Part shown: piece by piece, positions 53,851-64,000 of the stretch
How positions within the stretch are numbered: the first letter of the stretch is position 1
Layout of the letters: every line of letters begins with the position of its first letter
Assembly (NCBI RefSeq): GCF_009914755.1
Contig: NC_060946.1
Strand: one strand, 5' to 3'
Source of the DNA: the human T2T-CHM13v2.0 reference genome, Homo sapiens
DNA length: 64,000 bases
Made by a program: the position numbers and the translations under genes
The notes under the pieces: model-generated
What the model was told of the DNA's origin: nothing
Databases searched by the model: none
The model's input: only the letters and a program-made list of their open reading frames with translations

Positions 53851-54060
53851 CAGCCTGGGCAACACGGTGAGATCCCGTCTCTACAAAAAAAAAAGCTTGG
53901 CATGGTGGTATGTGCCTGTAGTCCCAGCTACTCAGGAGGCTGAGATGAGTGGATCACTTGAGTCCAGGTGGTCAAGGCTGCAAGGCTGCAGTGAGCCATG
54001 ACTGCACCACTGCACTCCAGTCTGAGTGACAGAGCAACAGCATGTCTAAAAAAAAAAAAA
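53851..54060 (+). mobile_element. 5'-truncated AluJ-like, TSD AAGA(C/T)CCCACAGCC
   Basis: Consensus plus TSD. Confidence 0.9.
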
Positions 54061-54569
54061 AAGATCCCACAGCCCATTAATGGCAACACTGGGAAGGAGG
54101 CCTCAGAGCTAAGCCTGCAAATCTAAGCTCAAAGCCCACTGCCTCCTAGAAGCCAGCCCAGATATTATCCCCATTTTACAGACAAGTAAACTGAGGTACA
54201 CAGTAGTTAGGTAATATGCCTGAGGTCACACAGCTAGCGAGCATCTGGATTGATTTCTTTTGACAATTCAGGCTGCTACCAAAAGCTGTTCGTTATGGCA
54301 CAAGCCCCCCCTAAGAATCTGTGATTTTGACTCGGCATCCAGAGTCAGGTCCAAGTTCTTCAGCCTGAAACGCAAGGCCTCCCAGCAAGGTGGTATACAG
54401 CAGCAGAAGACAGCACTGGACCTCGAGTCAAATGCCCGGCGTGCCACTCACAGCCTGCTGTGTACCCACGGCACCTTACCCGGCCTCCCTGGCCTCACTG
54501 TCCTCTTGTATAAAATGGGAATAACGAGACTGACCTCCCAGGGTGGCTGGTGGGGTTACCTATCCATGC

Positions 54570-54900
54570 AGTCACACAAATTTATTGAACCTCTACTATG
54601 TGCCAGGCCCCATCCAAGGTACTTGAGATAGAGCAGAGAACAAGACAAAAAAAAAGCTGTCTTCAGGGAGTTGATACTCTACAGTGGTGGGAGGGCAGAG
54701 AGTAAGCAAGCAAATAAAACAGCATCAAGTTGTGTTAAGGGCTTTAAGAAACCAGAGGGAGGAGGCCAAGGGCAAAGGATAGGGTGCTCGGGAGGACTTC
54801 CCTGAGGAGGTGACAGTTAACCAGAACAGGAGACAGACATGCACTGAGCCAGGAGAGCAGCAGTGAGCACAGAAGGAACAGCAAGGTCAAAGGCGAGTGA
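54570..54900 (-). mobile_element. L2 3' fragment
   Basis: acaaatttattgaacctctactatgtgccagg... Confidence 0.65.
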
Positions 54901-56155
54901 ATCAAATGAGAGCTGGAGCCTATGGGAAATTGCCTGGCACATAGCAGATGCTCAATAAACAGCAGCTGTGAGCATTATTACTCTAAGCCCCCCAAACCCC
55001 TTGCTCCTTGCCTTCCTCTTCTGGAAACCAGGTTGCGATGCAGCTTGAAGTGCATCCTAGGTCTCTTCCACATTCCTTCATTCATTTAAAGTAACCCTGC
55101 TTCCATTAATAGTCCTCCCATTTTGCAGGTAAGAAAACTGAGGTTCCCAAGATCCCATAGCCCATAAATGACAGCATCGGGACATGAACCTAAGTCTAGT
55201 GGTCTCAAACCCCACGCTCCTGGCAGCCTTGGGCGGTCTCACTTACAAAGGGCACTCACTACATTCCCCCTTCCCATCCCAAGACAGCTCAGCCTGTCAG
55301 AACGTCTCTAGGATGAACCAAGGTCTGAGCCTGCCCTTTGAGGCCACCCAGGACAGCCCTCTCTCTTCCTTCCCAGGTCACCCTGAAATGTTAGCAGCTG
55401 CCACCTGGAGCACCTCCCAGTGCCAAGCCCTGTGCCTTACTTTGTCCCTTGGCCTTGCTCTGGCAAGGTGAAGTAGGGATTCTTATCATCCCCATTGTAC
55501 AGGTGAAGAAACTGAGGCCCAGAAAGGTGGAGAAACATGCCCAACGGCAGCTTCCAGGAAAGTGGCAGTGTTGGGATCTCAGCTCAGGCCCTCATCACCT
55601 GAAAGACAGTTACCCGTCACTTCCCAGGCCTCTCAAATGGCCCTCTTTGGCCATCACTCTCAGTCCCTTGCCTGGCCTGTCCCCCTGGTGATGCCAAAAT
55701 GGTAGACAGGACAGTCTTCCCCTGACTCGGTTATTCTCAGGGCACCACCAGCCACATGCCTGGCATGCGGTGCCCTAGGCCAGGGCTGGCTGAGCAGCTC
55801 AGAGCACCCAAGTCCCATGAAGGAGACCAGTGGCCAGGGGCTCAGGCAACGGCTGTGGGGACAGGGCTCGCCTGATGAAAGTGCACACACAGGCCCTGGG
55901 GCAGGCAGGAGAGGAGCACCAGAGAGGGAGCCTGCCACACCTGCTCCATCCTGGCTCAGCCACCAGGGTACTATGTGCCTGTCAGAAGGCTCTCTGCCTC
56001 TCCGGCCCCGTTCCTGTTACCACCAACTCAGGACCGTACTCCCACCACTAAGGGTCATGGGGAAAGGTACGATGCCACAGAACTCTAGTGAGATCTGGCT
56101 TCCCTACGCGTGTCAGGAAATCATTTTAAAACGATTTTTAAAAGTAATGATGGTG

Positions 56156-56511
<356 letters not shown>

Positions 56512-58243
56512 TCACATCCATGAGCCCAAATAACAGCCACCCTGGGAGGCATGTGCCTCATCTCCATTTTACAGAGGGGGAAACTGAGGCCAGAGGTCCT
56601 CCACCGTAAAAACCAGAGCCAGGTTGCAAACCCAGAACTCGCTGCTCTCCTGTGCAGCTTCCTGTTTTTAGTAATTGAATGAAATGCTGCTTCAGGAGAA
56701 CCCCTGGGGACTGGGGGGAGAGAGAGGACTCAACGGTGTCAGAGAGACAGGCTCCCCCAGGGAAGGAGTTAGGCCTGCTGAGTCCGGCACTCAGGGAGGG
56801 AGATGCTCCCCAGAACGTGCCTGCTGGGTGACCTTGGGCAAGTCACTTCCCGTCTGATTCCTCAAAGGCAGGTACCAATGCTGGTCCCCCAGAGAACGGC
56901 ACTGGGTCAACAGGTCCTCAGCAAACATGACGGATGGGGACAAAGTCACTTGGGGGCAAGAAAGGAGCATGTGCCCAGATGAGAGACTTATGAGATCAGA
57001 GGCCCTGGGGAGCGAGAGGGCTCAAGGAGGCAGAGGTGGGAAGATCATGACCACAGAAGTGGGAGGGAAGGGCTGGGTGGAGGCACTGGGAGGAAGCAAG
57101 CGCTGGTGCAGCAGGGTCTCCGGTCTGTCCACAGGGGCAGGCAGGATAAGTGCAGACCCGCCCACTGTGCCTCACTCCCCAGCCCTCCACCACCAAGAAC
57201 CCCCACTTCAGCCTGTGACAGCAACACCAAGTCCCCTGCAGCAGCCCTTCCCCCACCACACCTCCTCCGTCCTCCGGGGCGCACCCACCACCCTGCACAA
57301 GCCCCCTTCAGGGCACCCATCACTACCCCTTTCCTGGGGACCTCCAGCACCTGGACAGCCACAGCCCCTCCACGTGGGGACCACCGCACCTTGGAGATAG
57401 CATCTCCCTATCCTTAGCAACCACCAACACTGTGCGCAGCCAGCCAGCCTCCTTCCTCTGTCTCCTCCTCTCTCCACGGAGACCACAATGCCACAGAGGC
57501 GGCTCCCTCACCACGGCAACCACCGTCACTCAGCGCCGCCTGGACAACAGCTCCCTCCACGTGGCCGCCACCAACACAGCCTCGGTGACAGCCCCAGCCT
57601 CTCCTCTCCTCTCCTCTCCAGGGCAGCCACCAGCCCCAGCCAGGACGGAGCAGCTCCTTCTGCCTGCCTGTCTGCCTGTTTGCGGCCTCCTAGTGCCAGA
57701 CGGCTCTCCCTGTGCCTCCAAAATTCAATGACATAGGATCAGGCCCCATATCAATTCTGCTGGCGTTTTCCCCTGCTCCCGGCTCACTTCCAGCCTCTCT
57801 CTCTACAATGGACAGACCCCCACCTGAGCGAGACCCCCACCATGTTGTCCCAGGCCTTCCCCTGGAAGCTGGCTCTCCACCCCCAGCAGGTGCACAGATG
57901 CCCCCTGACCTGCTGGAGTGCAGACTAAGCCTGCCTCAGCCTCTCTGCCGGGTGATGGGGCAGGAGCTGGGGTCCTTGAGCCAACAGGGGCTTCCTGCCC
58001 ACCCTCCCCAGTGGGCTTGTCTTAGCCCCCAACAGGCCTGCCGCTCTGCAGGCCGCCTCATAGGCCCTGTGGAAGGAAAGCTGGGTGGGAGGGGTGCCCA
58101 CGGCTGGGGGCAGGGGCCAGGCCCACAAGAAGGAACACACAGAAGCCTGAGGCTGGGCCACATCACAGGTTTGCAAGGCCGGGTCATGTGAGCTATGCTC
58201 ACAGACAGCGACACACACACAGGCAAAAGGACCCTGTCCTTAC

Positions 58244-58394
58244 CAGATGTCTGCAGCAGAGGAGGCCCCTCCGGCACTGTCCCCAACCTGGGTCTCAGAA
58301 AGGTTCCCCAGGCAGCAGCGGCAGCAGTAGCAATGAGATCTCAGGTCCTGGCCCAGCCCGGGTGGCAGCAGCTCCTCACCCAAGTCCTCTCCTT
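58244..58394 (-). other. ELFN2: ELFN2 non-coding internal 5'UTR exon (151 nt)
   Basis: Very strong acceptor (long polypyrimidine tract ...ctcgcctccctgcAG|) and donor (CTG|GTAAGG). No ATG. Fits the recalled three-exon organisation of ELFN2. Confidence 0.8.
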
Positions 58395-58399
58395 CTGCA

Positions 58400-58790
58400 G
58401 GGAGGCGAGGGGGAGAGAGGGGAGGGAGGGAGAGAAGGGGAGGAGAGGGAGGGGGGACAGCAGGAGGGAGGGAGGAGGGAAAAATGCTGAAGTCTTGAAG
58501 GGTACACTCACTTCTTTCTTGGGTTTCCCATGGCAACCGAATATACCACAAATGAATATCAGGGTGAGACAGAGAGGAGGTAAAGGGAGAGGAGGAATGG
58601 AGGGAGATGGAAGAGAGATGGAGAAAGACAGAGATAGAGAGATGGGGGAGACAGGGCAGGGAGAGATGGAGAGATGCAGAGAGAGATGGAGGCAGAGATG
58701 TGAAGGCACTGAGATGGAGAGATGGGGCAGGGAGAGGAGAAGAGATGGAGGTAGAGACAGAAGGATGATGAGGCAGGAGAGATGGAGGGC
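58400..58790. repeat. GA-rich polypurine/polypyrimidine tract
   Basis: Direct reading. Confidence 0.85.
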
Positions 58791-60229
58791 TGAGGCTTCC
58801 AATCGTAACCCATGGGGCTCAGGGGCCAGGGAAGAGGCCAGGGGCCACAGGGCTTCTTTCAAGCCCCTGGGCAGGAGGAGCAGGCACAGATGAGTGAGCT
58901 TTCTGGGAACCAAGGGGCCCCCACTCCCACCCCTTCACCTTGTCCCACACTCCCTACTGGGCTCCACAGCCTGGAGGTGTCTCCCCAGTCACACCCCAGT
59001 CACAGCCATGGTCACACATGTCACACCCACGTGTGTGTGCACACACACTCTCACACTCCCCTGACCCCCAGTGCCCCCACACAGCCCTCACCCCCTCCAT
59101 GGCCAACTACCCTCCTCTCCTGTTGGTCACTCGGATCACCAACGCCGCCCAACCCCATCGTCAGCCGGGCCCCAGGGAACAAAGACACCCTCGCCCTCGG
59201 CACACCCTCTCCTCTTCAGAACTCTGCCAGGACTGGCACACGCCTTCCCCTATGTGCTCAGCCTGTTCCCAGCCAGGTGTAATGCCTCTACCCCACCTTC
59301 CCGCCACATGGGCTCACACACAGCCTAAGAGCACAGTACCTGGCTGACCTCCACCTGCACAGACAGGCGCTCCCAGACAGACGGGCCTCGGCGGAACCTC
59401 GTCTCCATCTGCGCAAACACGTGCGCACACACACTCAGCTCCTCCCGAGGAGGCCCCTCTCCCTGTCCCGCCCCACACCCCACCAGCCCAGATGGTACTC
59501 TTGGCCCTCCCCCGCAGGCAGGGGCTCACACCTCGGCCCCCTCGGCATTGCCATTCACAAACATATGTAGACCCACCAAGTGCTGGCAGCCAGCGGCGCC
59601 CAACGGAAAATAAACACACACTCGGGCCTCCCTTCCCCTCTCCCCGCCACACTGCCTCAACTCCCTCACCCCCTCCCAAAGGCAGAGAACTAGCAGGGCC
59701 GGCTTCCTCCAGGAAAGGCTCCCAGGCCTAGCTGGGAGCACACAATTGACCCTCAGCCCCTCAGCCAGCAGGGATGGGAAAGCACCCCAGAGGCACACAC
59801 TATACCCTAACACACACACACACACATAGACCTGTCCTCCCAGAGCACACCCAGACAGAATCCACACAGGAGAACTTCCCACCGCCGCAGAGAAACGCAC
59901 ATCACAGACCCAGAGACTCGTGGGCCTAGAGACCAAGGTGCACTGCACACAGCTGAACCAGAACACAGGGGCGCCCCACACAGACACCCTCCCCAACACG
60001 CAGGCCCACGCTGGTGCCAAAATGCATGCGGCCACTGCACAGACGCACAAACCAGGGGCACCGTGGACTGCCCCGCCCCACGCTCACCAAACACACCCAG
60101 AAAAACGTGCCCAGGGACACGGGGCCCCCAACATAGACACACGCCAAAACATACATGCCCCAAGCATGCCCACACACAGGGAACCACTCCCGGACACACG
60201 TGCCAATGCACATGAGCCAACACACCCCC

Positions 60230-60990
60230 AGCACAGCCACGCCTGCACGCCACAGCGCTCCCAGGGCAGTTCACGCGGCGCGTCCCCATGCCGTCCACAC
60301 CCACCCGGCACACACACCCCCTCGCCAGCAACTCGCCGGGTCCTGGCTCCGGTCGCCCCCTGTGCCCCTGCCCAGCGCGGCCGGCCCCGCCGCCAGCCCC
60401 CGCCCCTGCCGGTCGCTTTCCGATCCCGGGCACCGCGCAGAGCCCAGAGGCTGCGAAATTGGCTGCGAGCGTCAGGGGCTGCGGCTGCAAATTCTAAACA
60501 CAGGCAAGTAAGGAGGAAAGCCGGGCCAGCCGGGCGCAAGTTCCGGAGGCTGGCGGGGTGGGCCGCGGGGGACGGGGGCCTCGAAGAGCCGCGGACGGCG
60601 GAGGACGGTGCGGAGGTGGGGAGCGCGGCGAGGTCGGGGGGGAGCAGGGTGGCGGTGCGGCCCCGGCGGGGCTCCGAGCGCGCGCTCCCGTCCCCACCAC
60701 GCCAGGTCCGCGGCAGTTCCCGCCCGCCCCCTCCTCCGGCCCAGCAGCCATCGCGCACCCGCCCCGTGCGCCCCCAGGACGGACAATCCCAGCCGGCCTC
60801 CAGACCCAGGTCTGCCTCCGCCAAGTGGATGGACCATATCGAGCCACCGCTACGCGGCTGTGCGTCGGTCGCCTCCTCCAGGACGTCTTCTCTGCTCTCC
60901 GCCCTCTTCGCCGCTTCTCTGCCCTCACCTCCACCTCCGCCTCTGGCCTCTGCTCACATGCACAGCCGCAAACTCAGCTCCACCAGCGCC
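60230..60990. promoter_or_regulatory. CpG island; candidate alternative promoter or regulatory region of ELFN2
   Basis: Dense CpG and GC boxes (ccccgccc), ~2 kb upstream of the 151-nt exon. Confidence 0.8.
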
Positions 60991-61449
60991 CTCGCTCCAC
61001 AGGAAGGGAGAGGGAGGGCATTCGCCCTGTGCAAGGTGCTGGGGCAGGCCCGCTCCAATTCCACTTCATCCCGACCACACTTTAGGCTGCTAACGTGCCT
61101 AGCTTTAGCAGCTGTGCAGCCTCGAACCCGTGACCGCACACGCTGCCTCCGATTCCTCATCTGTGCAACAGGAATGATGCAGAGGGGGCGTTCTGAGGAT
61201 TTAATGAGGGACTCCTTAAACAGGCTTACAGCAGCAGTCAACGAAACGGAAGATGATTAGCCAGTATTATTAGTCAGTTTTGGCCCCTGACTTGCTGCTG
61301 TGGCGCGGAAGGTTAGGCACTTCTCTGAGCTCAAGCTCCTCCTCTGGAAAATGAGGATGGCTTTGCTGGCTCCGGAGGGTTCTGGGAGGAGTCTCAGAGA
61401 CCCCGGGGAACATGCAGCTGCCATCCAACCAGCAAATGTGAGTGAATTA

Positions 61450-61575
61450 ATCTTCGGGAAAGCATTAAAATTGCAAGTTCCTCCAATTTTCCCCTCGTCC
61501 ACTCTCCCAATCAAAATCTCAGTGGACAGGGCCCAAGAATCTGCATTTTAACGAACACCCAGAGATTCTAATGCT
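61450..61575. mobile_element. MER5-like DNA transposon fragment
   Basis: aatcaaaatctc...gggcccaagaatctgcattttaac...gattctaatgc. Confidence 0.65.
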
Positions 61576-62899
61576 CCCTGACAAAAAGGATATTACTCAA
61601 TTTCTTGGCGCAGCATGGATGGTCCCGTGTGGTTGTTCCTCAAACTACATGTCCAGACTCATCTTCTCAAAATCCACTCTGGGCTTCCCCACCTCCGGGC
61701 CCCTGCTCACACGGTCACTCCATATGGCATGCCCCCACCCAGGGGTAGGCAGGACCTCTTTCACAATCCTCCAGCCAAAGTTAAACAAGATAACAGAGAG
61801 CGCCTTGCCCGATGCCTGGCACATAGCAGGTGCATAATCGAGAGAATTCTGCAAAGCCCAGAGCAGAAGTTGGCACAAACTCTCCAGCCCTGCCTGGGAG
61901 GCTCGCTCCACACCTGGCCTCCAGCCTGCAGCAGCAACCCCCTCTCGGTCAGGTCACAAAGGGACAAGAATCACCTGTCAAGCAAGCCCTACTGTGTGCA
62001 GACCCCATGCTGGGCACTTGTCAGAGGTTCCCGTGTCTCACCTCTCCTCCAGGGCCCTGAGCTCTGCCAGGCAGGGGCTCCTCTCTGGGGGTTCCTGCCT
62101 GAGCCCCGGGGCCCAGCATTTCTCCCTGGGTGAAACATGCTAATAAGGGTGTGTGTGCACGCGCCATCTGAATGCAAAATGCAGCGATCCGTCCTCGGTA
62201 GCATGTAGATGAAAGGAATTTGTTTAATAAGTATTTTTTGAGGGCCTACCAGTCTCCGCCTGCACAGAGCTGACATGAAGTGGGAGAAATAAGACAGGCA
62301 ATAGGCAGATGTAGGAAATCCACTGGGGAATGAGAAGGGCCAGGAAGGGAGTGAGGCAGGTCGGCTGACCCCACAGCCTCTGTCTCTCCAAGATTCAGGG
62401 GCAATTGTAGGGGGAGAAGGATAATAGATGGGCCAAGGAGGGAAACTGAGTCAGGCCTGAGTCTTGGGACTAGGCCCACGGCAGGCTGGTCAGGCAGCCT
62501 TGGGATTCATTCCCTACTTCCCCCTGAGAGAGGTGGTGACCAGTGTATACAAACAGTCACAAGAGCTGGCAGCACCCAGGCTCTTTTCATGCATCCTTAG
62601 GCGCCCCCAACCCCAGCAGTACCCATGCACTTCAGGCGGTGAAAAGCAGAGGGTGAAAAGGATGGGAAAGAAACAGACACATGCATGCACAGTGCAGACC
62701 CCTTCCAGGAAGCCAGGAATGAACGGAGGGGGCAGATGGGAAGGGGGAGGAAAATAATGGCATCTCGCATGCCAGACAGGATGTTATACACGTGGTCTTC
62801 TCTTACCTAACCTTTAGCATGACCTTTAAGACAACCCAGAAGGGTTAAGAATTCGTTTTTTTTGTTTTTTGGTTGTTTTATTGTTGCTGTTGTTGTTCT

Positions 62900-63076
62900 G
62901 GCCAGGCACAGTGGCTCACGCCTGCAATCCCAGCACTTTGGGAGGCTAAGGAGGGAGGATCACGAGGTCAGGAGTTCGAGACCAGCCTAACCAACATAGT
63001 GAAACCTCGTCTCTACTAAAAATACAAAAATTAGCCGGGTGTGGTGGTGTGTGCCTGTAATCCCAGCTACTGGGGA
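62900..63076 (+). mobile_element. 3'-truncated AluSg-like, nested in the tail of an opposite-orientation Alu
   Basis: Consensus positions ~1-175 only. Confidence 0.92.
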
Positions 63077-63078
63077 AG

Positions 63079-63369
63079 TTTTTTTTGAGACGGAGCCTCA
63101 CTCTGTCACCCAGGCTGGAGTGCAGTAGCACAATCTCGGCTCACTGCAACCTGGGCCTCCTGGGTTCAAGCGATTCTCCTGCCTCAACCTCCTGAGTAGC
63201 TGGGATTACAGGCATGCACCACGATGCCCGAATAATTTTTTGTATTTTTAGTAGAGACAGGGTTTCACCATGTTGGCCAGGCTGGTCTCGAACTCCTGAC
63301 CTCAGGTGATCCTTCTGCCTCGGCCTCCCAAAGTGCTAGGATTACAGGTGTGAGCCACCACGCCCAACC
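63079..63369 (-). mobile_element. AluSx-like; rest of its tail at 62856-62899; TSD AAGAATTCG
   Basis: TSD at 62847-62855 and 63370-63378. Confidence 0.92.
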
Positions 63370-64000
63370 AAGAATTCGGTACTTTTGTCCCCACTTCATA
63401 TTGAGGAAACTGGGCCTCGGGGGGGGGGGGGGAAGTGACTTGCCCAGGACCCACACCGAGGAGGAAAAGAGGTTGGATTTGGAGCCCTGCCCCTGCCCTT
63501 TCCACAAGCAAGATGGCCAGGTGGGGAGTCCAGGGGGCCACAGCTGAGGCCACGATAGACTCGGGACCTGAAGAAGATACTGATCCTGGGGCAACCTCCC
63601 CACTGTCACCCGGGGGAGCCCTCCAAGCGCTGCTGTTCGAGGCACTGTGGGAGGGCCAGGGAGCAAAGGGCTGCCTTTGGGGGTGTCCCATCTCTGTGGG
63701 GAATGGGATGGGGGGTTGAGATGCAGGCACCACCCACGAGGCCCCTCCTTTCCTGTCTCTCCTTGCAGCCAAAGCAAAGGGCGTCCGCCACCCCCAGCTT
63801 CCCTAGGGCAGGGTCACTGCACCCATTTACAGATAAGCAAAGCAAGGCCCAGAAAGGGCCTTCAGTGAGAGGGGTAGGCCAAGATGTAGAGGCCTCCAGG
63901 CCCATCTGGCAAAGGAGTTCAGCAGCCAATGGTGCTGATGTGAGAGTTTCCCTTCGAGGGTTCCAGTCCTGGTTCCATCGCTGTGTGGCCCTGGACTGGT

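Noticed and set aside
57341-57362. REST/RE1-like TCCAGCACC-T-GGACAG
   Set aside because: Half-site spacing is 1 bp rather than the canonical 2 bp; similar near-misses at ~21285 and ~30170
59920-61260. 446-aa plus-strand ORF
   Set aside because: Non-ATG start; spans CA-rich low-complexity sequence and the CpG island, where stops are compositionally rare
63419-63432. G14 homopolymer
   Set aside because: Slippage within a MIR relic; no further support for function

Overview
GC-rich primate (human-like) genomic DNA dominated by ELFN2 on the minus strand. ELFN2 (PPP1R29/LRRC62, human 22q13.1) is recognised from its 820-aa LRR-FN3-TM protein. The whole CDS (13586-16048) lies in one ~8-kb terminal exon (~8473-16513) with a ~5.1-kb 3'UTR (AATAAA at 8492-8497, minus) and two uORFs plus an (AGG)12 repeat in the 5'UTR. 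A ~41.7-kb intron leads to a 151-nt non-coding exon (58244-58394), followed by a CpG island at ~60.2-61.0 kb. The main first exon probably lies beyond the window. The intron holds Alu, MIR, L2 and L3 repeats, a 6x39-bp minisatellite and several AT-rich, TAAT-dense islands; an inverted nested Alu pair lies in the next intron upstream (62.8-63.4 kb). The least explained part is 1.2-8.1 kb, downstream of ELFN2. It is nearly free of transposons, keeps one plus-strand reading frame over kilobases with only scattered stops, and has exon-like splice sites, a 3'UTR-like tail with poly(A) signals and a diverged ~0.8-1.1-kb duplication. My main hypothesis is a decayed (unitary-pseudogene-like) protein-coding gene convergent with ELFN2, which needs comparative-genomic confirmation. 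All coordinates and counts were done by hand, and repeat subfamily names come from recalled consensus features.
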